From Arthrobacter phage Kalizoi: DNA of 32,000 bases. Numbering within the stretch: position 1 is the stretch's first letter; every line of letters starts with the position of its first letter. The stretch lies in the sequence record PQ184829.1. The stretch is one strand, 5' to 3'. Positions 19,066 to 27,454 of the stretch are shown here, one piece after another. Below the pieces are notes generated by a model, which ran no database searches, was not told where the DNA came from, and worked only from the letters and a program-made list of their open reading frames with translations. The translations under genes and the position numbers were made by a program.

Positions 19066-21699
19066 GTGGTAAAACTGTCCGAACGTCACTCAGCCACTCT
19101 GGCGGAGTACACCCCCGAAACCATGCTGGATGCAGCCCTGGCCCTCGCCCGTGAGGGCTGGAACGTGTTCCCGCTCCGTCCCGGCACCAAGATTCCGATG
19201 ATCAGCAAGAAAGCAGGTGGCAACGGTGCACTCGACGGATCGACTGACGAGGACCTTATTCGCTACTGGTGGAATAAATACCCCTCTGCCGGGATTGGCG
19301 CAAATCTTGGCGACGACCGGTTGGCAATTGACCTCGATTTCAACCACGGCGCAACGCGGCTGGGGTCCCTACCTGATACGCGCACACATCACTCGGGACG
19401 GGGGAACGGCAACCTTCATCTTGTGTACCGAGTTGAGCCTGGATCGGCTGCTGCGGCTGTCAAGTCCGGAACTAACGTGCTGGGTGCAGGAATTGATATT
19501 AGAGCAGGTAAGGGATCTTATATTGTAATGCCTCCCACGCCACACGAAGAGACGGGCCAGCCTTACACCCTGGATGCTTACGACCGCGAGGAGCACCTGC
19601 TCACGGACGACGAGCTTGCCCTGATCTACCAAGAGGCCGGGGTTGCCCAGCCTGCGGCCTCCCGTGGGGCCAAGAAGGGCCTCGCAGTGGTGGACGGGAC
19701 CAAGAGCCACAAGAGGCCGATGGAGAGCCACGCGAGTACCCTCGCGGGCCTTCTGGCGGACCCTCCGGCTGAGGGTGGCCGGAACGACTGGTTCGTCCGG
19801 GTCTGTGGCTTCATCGCCAAGAAGGCCAGCAGGTTCAACGACTACGAGATTGAGGTCCTCGGAGCGGCGAACCGCATGCCGAACCCGCTGCCCGTGGAGG
19901 AGCTACAGAAGACCCTCAACTCGGTATGGGAAGCGGAGCAGGCCAAGCCCGCCAAGGTCCTGCACGAGGGCAACGGCTTCCTCACCGGCAACAAGGCGCG
20001 GCTGTTCTGTCAGATCGCGGTGAAGAACGGCGACGAGACCCACTACGAGCAGGCCCCGTACGCGGACTTCGATATCGAGGCTCGTGGCGTGGCGGTGGAC
20101 GAGACCTCCCGTCGCCTGTACTGGGTCCGGATTTACTGGGGTGGGAAGTTCTACGACACTACCCTGCCGGGTGAGACCTTGGGTAACGAGAACGGGTTCA
20201 AGACGTGGCTCGCCGCACGAGGCATGAGCGTGGATCAACCTTTCATGGCCCAGCCCAAGACGCCACCCGCAACTAGAATCCTCCGGTACCTGAACAGCCA
20301 GAACCCACCTGAGGTCAAGATCGTAACCACCCTGGGTTATGACGAGCTGATGGATGGTTTCGTGACTCACGAGGGTCTGATCACGCAGGCGGGCAAGACC
20401 AGCAAGGAGGAGGCCCACATCGTGGCGGACCCGTCGCTGGTGGAGCGGGATATCGCCCCGTACGCCTACGGGATGGAGCGGGACCGGGCGGAGGCACAGC
20501 GGGTGCTGCGGGAGATTTTGAGCTTCCAAGAGGAGACCGCCACATCGATCTTCGGGGCTTGGTGGGCGGCGTGCTTGCTGAAACCGCAGATTCAGGACCG
20601 CACGGCGCTATTCCCGTTCTTCGGGGTGGAGGCGGCGTCGGAGTCGGGTAAGACGAATGGTTTCTTCGATTTGATGGTGGAGCTTAATGGGAACACGCGC
20701 GGCCAGATTGTCCCGACCCGACCGGTTCTTCGGGACTACGCGTCGGCCAACAAGAACGGTATTGTCTGGGCGGACGACCTCGACTCGTTGGAGGCGTATG
20801 GGGAGCTGCTGCGGGCCAGCACGTCCAACGGTACGGCCTCTAAGATGGAAGCAGACCGCAACGGTATTCGGAATACCAAGGTTGTTGCACCGATCCTCAT
20901 TACCGGCGAAGCCCTCGGGTTCGGAACTCAGAAAGCTCTCTTGGACCGTTCGGTGGTTCTGAACATCACCAGCCCGAAGGGGCGCAAGTCCAAGCACGAC
21001 CCGGCCAAGCTGCAATGGGAGGACGTGCAAGAGCTGCGCAGCCTTTACCCCAAGTCGCAAGGTGGATTGTCGGTTCTGGCGGGCTGGTTTGTCCAGCACG
21101 CGCTGCAGAACACGAAGCCCGCACTCAAGGCCCTGAACGAGGCGGCTCGGGAGGTACCGGGACGACATGGGGACAAGCTGGCGGTCCTGAGGGCCGGGGC
21201 ACGTCTGCTGGATGCTCTCGTGGGGCACGAGGACCCGTGGAGCGGGCAGGGCGAGCACGCACGCCGGGTGGATGCCTGGGCGGGGGCGAACGGGCAGACT
21301 CTGGATCAGGACAACACCCTGACGATGAAGGTCCTGCCGTGGGCGCTGCGGGCGTTCAATTACCCGGAGAAGCCGGAGCGGATCGAGATGGGCCGTTTCC
21401 AGAATCTGATCAGCCCGGTGGTGGTGAAAGGTGACCTTGAGTCACTCAACCGTCCCGGACTGGACGGCTCCACAGTGGAAATTTTCTTCTCGCCGGTACT
21501 TCTGGCGGAGGCTTGGAAGCGGGAGCAGGGGTTCAAGGTCGATACCCGTACGGAGACCCAATCCGCACTGAGCCAGCAAGCCCAGGCTTTGGCCGCTGGG
21601 CACAAGCTGTTCAAGGTAGAGGGCAAGGCGCAGCGTTACCGGGCACTCCCGAAGGAGTACTTGACAGCGGTGCTCAGCCGTGCTGAGGGCCAGGAGTAA
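19066..21699 (+). CDS. Bifunctional DNA primase-polymerase (PrimPol) fused to ATPase/helicase-like region
   Basis: N-term WNVFPLRPGTKIPMISK...LAIDLDFN...HSGRGNGNLHLVYRV...GIDIRAGKGSYIVMPPT (AEP pattern); C-term SESGKTNGFFDLMVEL...NGIVWADDLDS. Confidence 0.85.
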   Translation: MVKLSERHSATLAEYTPETMLDAALALAREGWNVFPLRPGTKIPMISKKAGGNGALDGSTDEDLIRYWWNKYPSAGIGANLGDDRLAIDLDFNHGATRLGSLPDTRTHHSGRGNGNLHLVYRVEPGSAAAAVKSGTNVLGAGIDIRAGKGSYIVMPPTPHEETGQPYTLDAYDREEHLLTDDELALIYQEAGVAQPAASRGAKKGLAVVDGTKSHKRPMESHASTLAGLLADPPAEGGRNDWFVRVCGFIAKKASRFNDYEIEVLGAANRMPNPLPVEELQKTLNSVWEAEQAKPAKVLHEGNGFLTGNKARLFCQIAVKNGDETHYEQAPYADFDIEARGVAVDETSRRLYWVRIYWGGKFYDTTLPGETLGNENGFKTWLAARGMSVDQPFMAQPKTPPATRILRYLNSQNPPEVKIVTTLGYDELMDGFVTHEGLITQAGKTSKEEAHIVADPSLVERDIAPYAYGMERDRAEAQRVLREILSFQEETATSIFGAWWAACLLKPQIQDRTALFPFFGVEAASESGKTNGFFDLMVELNGNTRGQIVPTRPVLRDYASANKNGIVWADDLDSLEAYGELLRASTSNGTASKMEADRNGIRNTKVVAPILITGEALGFGTQKALLDRSVVLNITSPKGRKSKHDPAKLQWEDVQELRSLYPKSQGGLSVLAGWFVQHALQNTKPALKALNEAAREVPGRHGDKLAVLRAGARLLDALVGHEDPWSGQGEHARRVDAWAGANGQTLDQDNTLTMKVLPWALRAFNYPEKPERIEMGRFQNLISPVVVKGDLESLNRPGLDGSTVEIFFSPVLLAEAWKREQGFKVDTRTETQSALSQQAQALAAGHKLFKVEGKAQRYRALPKEYLTAVLSRAEGQE

Positions 21700-21792
21700 C
21701 AGCAACGGACCTGCCGCTGTGTACCCTACTGTAAACCAGATTTAGTTTAAGGAACCCCGGAAGGACGGGATCAGGACTTTCTAAAAAACAGA

Positions 21793-21989
21793 GTAACAAT
21801 GGTAACAATATGATTTCTTTTTTCACATACACGGGAGAGGGGATCAGGTAGAGTCTGGTCTCCTCTCCTTTCTTATGAGGGGTCATGCCGGGAGCCTGTT
21901 ACGCTGTATCCGATACCCCTTCTGCCGCGTCCTTCCGGGCCAGAGAGGTAGTTACCCTGGGTCGTTACCACCTGTTAGGGGTTGTAACA
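21793..21989. repeat. Cluster of GTAAC/GTTAC repeats in AT-rich intergenic region
   Basis: GTAACA at 21793, 21802, 21984; TGTTAC at 21897; GTTACC at 21951 and 21964. Confidence 0.6.
21834..21874 (+). terminator. Intrinsic terminator after primase gene
   Basis: GGAGAGGGGATCAG-GTAGAGT-CTGGTCTCCTCTCC then TTTCTT: 14-bp stem with two G-T pairs. Confidence 0.8.
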
Positions 21990-22000
21990 GACACCCCGGC

Positions 22001-22030
22001 TTGCGCGGCAGGCAAACCTGCTGGTAGAGT
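22001..22030 (+). promoter_or_regulatory. Candidate promoter TTGCGC-N18-TAGAGT
   Basis: Spacer contains inverted repeat GCAGG-CAAA-CCTGC (22008-22021); followed by hairpin GCCCC-GGT-GGGGC at 22040-22052. Confidence 0.5.
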
Positions 22031-22081
22031 AGTCTCTGTGCCCCGGTGGGGCTGACAACAACTGATAACGAGGGAGCCAAA

Positions 22082-22318
22082 TTGACTAACGGTATGGTAC
22101 GTATGGAAGCCTACTTGGGACCGCTGCGCCCGGAGACCCTGGCTGCGGGTGAGGGACCGGACGGCGCGGCAGTGGCTGTCGTGAAGTGCTGGCCCGAGTC
22201 GGACCGTACGGAGTGGGTGGGAGCCTACCAGTCCACGGAGACCGCACTGGAGGCCCTGCGGGAGGCCACGAACGAGGAGACGTACGGCGTCCTGTGCAGC
22301 ACCCGGAAGGTACACTAA
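22082..22318 (+). CDS. Hypothetical protein
   Basis: TTG start after GAGGGAGCCAAA. Confidence 0.6.
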   Translation: MTNGMVRMEAYLGPLRPETLAAGEGPDGAAVAVVKCWPESDRTEWVGAYQSTETALEALREATNEETYGVLCSTRKVH

Positions 22319-22320
22319 CG

Positions 22321-24432
22321 GTGAAGTTTCGGACGCGGATAAGCCAGATTCTGCCTTCGGACCTGCTGGACCTGTACAAGCGCGGGGTAACCCCGGGGTC
22401 CAGCATGTCGGTAGACACCGAAACCTCGGGCCTGCGCACCGACGAGGGAGCCAGGATTTCCACAGTCTCTATCGCTTGGCTGGACCCGGACGAGGAGTGG
22501 AAGTTCGTGCCTAATGATATCTGGCCGTCCGGGATCAGCACCTATCGCAAGGAGCCAGTCCACGAGGGCCAGCCAGATATCACGGTGGTTTCGTTTGCAT
22601 GGCCGTTCGATCAGGGTGTATCGGGCACCGGCAAGCCGGAGGACCACGGGCAGGCGACGCTCTGGCCGGACGCGGAAAACCTGCCGCTGTCCGAGTGGGT
22701 CGCGCTGCTGGAGTTCATCCGGCTGGTGGGGGACTCCCACTCGCTGGACATGCAGAACAGTAAGTTCGACTGCCACATGTTCCGGGCAGGGTGTAGGCGC
22801 TGGCCGGGTATCGGCGACGACTTCATGGAGCTGGTCTCGTGGGACACCCAGAACGGCAACGATCTGGTGTTCGGCTTCCTGCCCTCGACCTCGCTGAAAG
22901 GTCCGGGGACGGCCACCGAGTTCCTGTGGGGAGCGCAGGAGTCCGACGAGAAGCACGTAATCTCGGAGTACCTCAAGAAGAAGAAACTGCCCAAGGGTCG
23001 CTGGGACCTGATGCCGTGGGATATCATCGCGAAATACGCCGATCAGGACGCACGCCTGACCACACGGTTGAAGGCGGTCCAGTTGGACTGGATTTTGGAT
23101 GGTGGGGTCCCATGGATGGACGGCAAGCAGGGTAGGATGGAGGCGTCCGAGGCGTTCCAGCGCCGGATGAACATGACCTACCTGCTGTACCGGATGGAGA
23201 AGCGGGGTCTGCCCTTCGATATCGAGGAGGCCCAGCTCGCATCTATGGAACTCAAGTGGAGGGCCAAGAACTTCGCCAAAGATCTGCCGTTCAAGCCAGC
23301 CACGCTGGATATGGCCAAGCACTATTGGTTCGGGGCCGGGATCAAACACGGAGTCAATGGCCTCGGACACCCGCCCGTTGCCACGGCTGATGGTGGCGCT
23401 CCCTCGCTGACCGCGAACGACCTCGGTAAGCTGATCTTGCAGGACCTCCCGGGCGCTGCGGTGTGGCGCAACTTCGCTAAATGTCAGGACGCAGACTCGC
23501 GCTGGTATGAGGGTTGGCTCAACAAGGCAGGCTCGGACGGCCGTCTGAGGACCTCGGTCCGACAGAACGGCACCCGGTCCGGTCGCTTCTCCGTCGAGGG
23601 CATCCAGCTCCAAGCGATCCCGCAGAACTACAAGCTGTCGGGTTATGAGGGCATGGATGGTATACCTTCGCCGCGTGCCCTGATCGGGTCTGCGGTGGCG
23701 AAGATGCCGGGTTGGGAGATGTGGGAACTAGACTTGGCCAATGCCGAGTTGAGGGTGGCGGCTCTGTTCGCAAAGTGCCAGCGAATGCTGGACATGATCG
23801 ATCAGGGCATGGACCTGCACGGCGAAACCGCCAAGGAGCTGTTCAACGCGTCGGAGGACGACGAGAACTGGGACCAGCGCCGGTCGATCGCCAAGCGAGC
23901 AAACTTCTCGCTGATTTTTGGTGTCGGCTGGGCCACGCTGCAGCAGAACATCGAAGTAAACACCGGTATCATCCTATCGGACCGCGAGGCCCAAGTTCTG
24001 GTGAAGGACTGGAACGCGCTCTACCCGGAATACAAGCGGGCGATCAACGAGCACATGGCCCGGATCGAGCGTCGGCAGAAGGACCGCCGCGAGGTCGCCG
24101 GATATCTGCAAATGTCCAACGGCGAGCGCAGGTGGTTTGCCAAGCACGAGGACACCCACAAGGGGTTCAACCAGCGGGTCCAGCCCTCGCTGGCGCAGTT
24201 CGGGATCAACTGGTGGACGCTGGCGGACAAGTACATTTCCAGCCAGCTCACCGAGGAAGAGCTGGAGGTCGGCGGCACTGTGCTGCTGGTCCATGACTCG
24301 ATGGTTCTGCTGCTGCCCAACGACCGGGCCAAGGCGATCATTGACCGAGTGATTGAAATCGGTGTTGAACTCTGGGCCGAGACCTTCCCGGGGGTCCCGG
24401 GTGGGGTCGATGCGAAACCCTGGAACAAGTAG
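22321..24432 (+). CDS. Family A DNA polymerase with 3'-5' exonuclease, DpoZ candidate
   Basis: Exo motifs SVDTETSG, MQNSKFDCH, YADQDARLTTRL; pol motifs LDLANAELRVAA, RRSIAKRANFSLIFGVG, LLVHDSMVLL. GTG start; adjacent to purZ. Confidence 0.92.
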   Translation: MKFRTRISQILPSDLLDLYKRGVTPGSSMSVDTETSGLRTDEGARISTVSIAWLDPDEEWKFVPNDIWPSGISTYRKEPVHEGQPDITVVSFAWPFDQGVSGTGKPEDHGQATLWPDAENLPLSEWVALLEFIRLVGDSHSLDMQNSKFDCHMFRAGCRRWPGIGDDFMELVSWDTQNGNDLVFGFLPSTSLKGPGTATEFLWGAQESDEKHVISEYLKKKKLPKGRWDLMPWDIIAKYADQDARLTTRLKAVQLDWILDGGVPWMDGKQGRMEASEAFQRRMNMTYLLYRMEKRGLPFDIEEAQLASMELKWRAKNFAKDLPFKPATLDMAKHYWFGAGIKHGVNGLGHPPVATADGGAPSLTANDLGKLILQDLPGAAVWRNFAKCQDADSRWYEGWLNKAGSDGRLRTSVRQNGTRSGRFSVEGIQLQAIPQNYKLSGYEGMDGIPSPRALIGSAVAKMPGWEMWELDLANAELRVAALFAKCQRMLDMIDQGMDLHGETAKELFNASEDDENWDQRRSIAKRANFSLIFGVGWATLQQNIEVNTGIILSDREAQVLVKDWNALYPEYKRAINEHMARIERRQKDRREVAGYLQMSNGERRWFAKHEDTHKGFNQRVQPSLAQFGINWWTLADKYISSQLTEEELEVGGTVLLVHDSMVLLLPNDRAKAIIDRVIEIGVELWAETFPGVPGGVDAKPWNK

Positions 24433-24456
24433 ACTTAACTAGTCACAAATAGATTT

Positions 24457-24474
24457 CCGTTTCACGTGAAACGG
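24457..24474. promoter_or_regulatory. parS: parS-like site GTTTCACGTGAAAC (copy 2) within an 18-bp perfect palindrome
   Basis: CCGTTTCACGTGAAACGG at 24457-24474, core 24459-24472, in the polymerase-purZ intergenic gap. Confidence 0.85.
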
Positions 24475-24491
24475 GACAACCCAACAGAAAG

Positions 24492-25631
24492 ATGGATATG
24501 AGCAACATTGCAGTAGTAGTAGGCGGACAGTTCGGCTCCGAGGCCAAGGGACACGTGACGGCGCAGCTCGTCGCACTGGCAGCGAGCGCAGATCGTGAAG
24601 TGATCAACGTCCGGGTAGCGGGGCCGAACGCGGGTCACACCGCGTACGACGACGAGGGCAACAAGTTCGCTTTCCGTCAGGTACCGGTGGGGGCTGTGAT
24701 TGAGCCGATTACCTCGGTGATCGCCGCAGGCTCCGAAATCGATCTGCCGGTGCTGATTGAGGAAATCCATCTGGCACTGGACCACGGCCACATCTTGGAC
24801 CTGCTGGTGGACGGCAACGCGACGATGATTGAGTACCACCACAAGATGCAGGAGCAGGAGGGCAGGATGGTAGAGAACATCGGCTCGACTGCCAAGGGTA
24901 TCGGCGCTGCCCGTGCCGAACGCATCTGGCGCACGGCCCGCCGTCTGCGCGACGTTCCCGAGGCCATGACGTTGCTGAACCAGCTCCCGGGGGTGCAGGT
25001 GGCCGATACGGTCGGTTACCTGCACGAAGCGCTGCAGAAGCCCAACGCCCACGTGATCATCGAGGGCACTCAGGGTTACGGACTCGGAGTCCACACGGAC
25101 GCCTACCCGCAGACCACCAGCTCGGATTGCCGCGCCATTGACTTCCTTGCCATGGCCGGGATCAGCCCGTGGCAGACCGGGGTTGACGTAGTACAGGTGT
25201 TCATTGCGGCCAGGGTCTACCCGATCCGCGTGGCTGGCAACTCCGGACCGATGAACAACGAGACCACTTGGGAGGCCCTGGGCCTGCCGGAGGAGCGGAC
25301 CACGGTCACCCAGAAGGTGCGCCGGGTGGGGGACTGGGACGGACAGCTCGTCGCTGACGCGTTCCGGGCCAACGGAGGAGTCCGGATCAGCGAGGACAAT
25401 CTGGAGGCCCTGCTCTGGCAGGCGGTCGAGGGAGGCCCCCACGTGGTTGTTGCGCTGACCATGCTGGATCAGGTTATCCCGGAGATTGCGGGCCTGACTT
25501 CGTTCGACGACTGCGACGCAGCCACGCTGCAGAAGGTCGAGGAATGGATTGACCGCGTCTACCGTGACACTGGCGCTCAGGTCAAGATGGTCGCGACCTC
25601 GCCCAAGACTGTTGTCCGGATCGGAGCCTGA
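24492..25631 (+). CDS. purZ: Adenylosuccinate synthetase-like PurZ (2-amino-deoxyadenylosuccinate synthetase candidate)
   Basis: VVVGGQFGSEAKGHVTAQ replaces PurA GDEGKGK; GPNAGHT retained; 379 aa; next to DNA polymerase. Confidence 0.93.
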   Translation: MDMSNIAVVVGGQFGSEAKGHVTAQLVALAASADREVINVRVAGPNAGHTAYDDEGNKFAFRQVPVGAVIEPITSVIAAGSEIDLPVLIEEIHLALDHGHILDLLVDGNATMIEYHHKMQEQEGRMVENIGSTAKGIGAARAERIWRTARRLRDVPEAMTLLNQLPGVQVADTVGYLHEALQKPNAHVIIEGTQGYGLGVHTDAYPQTTSSDCRAIDFLAMAGISPWQTGVDVVQVFIAARVYPIRVAGNSGPMNNETTWEALGLPEERTTVTQKVRRVGDWDGQLVADAFRANGGVRISEDNLEALLWQAVEGGPHVVVALTMLDQVIPEIAGLTSFDDCDAATLQKVEEWIDRVYRDTGAQVKMVATSPKTVVRIGA

Positions 25632-25634
25632 GCC

Positions 25635-26276
25635 ATGGCCGACTGGCAGCACGCGCTGAACTGCGCCAGCCTGATCCCGCTGGCCGAAGGCAACGAGGCC
25701 TACCCCTGCTCCTGCGGTGCGGAGGCCCGTCAGAAGGCCTCGGACGAGCGGGAGGCCCTAGAACACCGGCACCTGTCTCCGAAGCCCGAGGAGGCCCCGT
25801 CCGTGCCCTTGGAGCAGGTAGGGGAGCTGGAAGAGGACGAGCAGGGGCTGTCCGGCCTGTTCAAGCTCCATGGGGTTGAGCTGTCCGATGAAGCCCGGGA
25901 AGCGGTGATAGCCAACATGGACAGGTCCCGGATACTGGACCTGTCCGTGGGGGAAGTCAGGTCGGTGTCCTCCACCGGGGCCGAGAAGGGCGTCAAGGAA
26001 GCCCGGTTCGACCTGATCCCGGTTGGGCCGCTGGAACAGGTCGCGATCCACTTCGGCAGGGGTGCGAAGAAGTACGAGCCGCACAACTGGCGCAAGGGCT
26101 ACGAGTTCAGCAAGGGTTATGCTGCCCTGCAACGGCATGCCAACTCGTGGTGGGCCGGTGAGAACCTCGACCCCGAGATGGGGACTTCCCATTTGGCGGC
26201 TGTGGCGTTCCACGCTCTGGCGCTGCTGGAGCTGAGCGAGACTCACCCCGAGATGGACGACAGGTTCATCCTCTGA
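25635..26276 (+). CDS. DUF5664-like putative dATP/dGTP diphosphohydrolase (possible MazZ functional counterpart)
   Basis: RFDLIPVGPLEQVAIHFGRGAKKYEPHNWRKG...YAALQRHANSWWAGENLDPEMGTSHLAAVAFHALALLEL. Confidence 0.75.
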   Translation: MADWQHALNCASLIPLAEGNEAYPCSCGAEARQKASDEREALEHRHLSPKPEEAPSVPLEQVGELEEDEQGLSGLFKLHGVELSDEAREAVIANMDRSRILDLSVGEVRSVSSTGAEKGVKEARFDLIPVGPLEQVAIHFGRGAKKYEPHNWRKGYEFSKGYAALQRHANSWWAGENLDPEMGTSHLAAVAFHALALLELSETHPEMDDRFIL

Positions 26277-26494
26277 TGGGCCGACCGAGTAAAGCTGCGC
26301 AGGCCGCTTACATCAAGCGGATCGACGCACTCAAGAACCGACTGCTGGACCTCTGCGCCGAGGAAGATCGGGGCCTGTCGGTGGACTTGGAGTTCCAGCG
26401 GGTGCGCCGGTACCACCATGAAGATGAAATCCCTATGATCGAAGCCTATGAGAAGGTTATCGACGAAATCACGAAAGGACCGGTCAAGCTGTGA
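26276..26494 (+). CDS. Hypothetical protein
   Basis: 72 aa, overlaps both neighbours. Confidence 0.6.
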   Translation: MGRPSKAAQAAYIKRIDALKNRLLDLCAEEDRGLSVDLEFQRVRRYHHEDEIPMIEAYEKVIDEITKGPVKL

Positions 26495-27405
26495 CCAAGA
26501 CACTCTACCTCGCCTACCCGATTGACTTCTCGGGCGGGCACCCCGTCACCAAGGAGATAGCGAATACCGTCGCGTGGGCCAAGCGGGAAGTCCTCGGAGA
26601 CTCCGGGATACTCGCCTACGATCCCGGGGCCGCTTGGTCCGTGGGAGGCCGGAGGAAGGTCACCCCGGAGCTGCAGAAGATCAATCAGGCCGCGATCCAG
26701 CAATCCGATTCAATGCTGGCCTACGCTCCGGCAGGCGTGAGGTCCTGGGGTGTACCGGCTGAGGTCGAGCGGGCAGCACTGCGCGGGATGAACGTCGCGA
26801 TCATCACAGACGGCAACCCTTCGTGGGCCATGCCGACCGGACCCAACGTGAAGGTGGTGCAGACTAAGACTGACGGGTTGTATCCTTGGCAGTTCGCTAC
26901 CATCGAGGCAATGGACTGGCTGGCGGATCAGAAGCTGCCCAGCTTCGCCAAGGGCAACCCAGCCCGCGAGCGCAAGACCCTGCAGTTCGCTCCTGTGGAC
27001 GGAGCCAAGGTCCAGTTGCCTACCCGCGCATACAGCGACGATGCGGGGCTGGACCTGTTCGTGACCGAGGATACGTGGGTCCCGGCCAACGGGTTCGTGG
27101 ATATCCGGTCCCACATCAAGGTCCAGTTGCCTGACTGGAGCTGGGGTTTCCTCGTCGGTCGCAGCTCGACCCTCCGCAAGAAGGGGCTGCTCGTGAACCC
27201 TGGGATCATCGACGCGGGCTACCGGGGCGAGCTGTTCTCGGGAGTCCAGAACATGACCTCCAAGGCAGTCTGGGTCGAGGCTGGGGAGCGCATCGCCCAG
27301 TTGATCATCATCGGTAACGGGACCCGGCAGATCGAGCCGGTACTGGTGCCGGAGCTGAACAGCCACGCCCGGGGCAAGAACGGGTTCGGTTCGTCCGGTA
27401 AATAA
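26491..27405 (+). CDS. Fusion: N-terminal nucleoside 2-deoxyribosyltransferase-like/DUF4406-like domain plus C-terminal dUTPase
   Basis: N-term LYLAYPIDFS...INQAAIQQSDSMLAYAPAGVRSWGVPAEVERAALRGMNVAII; C-term YSDDAGLDLF, GRSSTLRKKGLLV, GIIDAGYRGELFS, GERIAQLIII, HARGKNGFGSSG. Confidence 0.85.
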   Translation: MTKTLYLAYPIDFSGGHPVTKEIANTVAWAKREVLGDSGILAYDPGAAWSVGGRRKVTPELQKINQAAIQQSDSMLAYAPAGVRSWGVPAEVERAALRGMNVAIITDGNPSWAMPTGPNVKVVQTKTDGLYPWQFATIEAMDWLADQKLPSFAKGNPARERKTLQFAPVDGAKVQLPTRAYSDDAGLDLFVTEDTWVPANGFVDIRSHIKVQLPDWSWGFLVGRSSTLRKKGLLVNPGIIDAGYRGELFSGVQNMTSKAVWVEAGERIAQLIIIGNGTRQIEPVLVPELNSHARGKNGFGSSGK

Positions 27406-27412
27406 ATACAGC

Positions 27413-27446
27413 GAGACCCCGGTCCCTTTCGGGCCGGGGTCTCTTT
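27413..27446 (+). terminator. Intrinsic terminator
   Basis: GAGACCCCGGTCCC-TTTC-GGGCCGGGGTCTC-TTT; sits between the last rightward gene and the leftward genes. Confidence 0.85.
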
Positions 27447-27454
27447 GTGTGTTC

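Noticed and set aside
22315-23613. 432-aa minus-strand ORF antisense to the polymerase
   Set aside because: Same GC-driven shadow effect.
24552-24557. Other CACGTG hexamers (here and in several coding regions) as additional parS sites
   Set aside because: Flanks do not match GTTTCACGTGAAAC; only two sites keep the full 14-bp palindrome.
24462-25652. 396-aa minus-strand ORF antisense to purZ
   Set aside because: Mirror of a strongly coding plus-strand gene; no start motif or recognisable domain.
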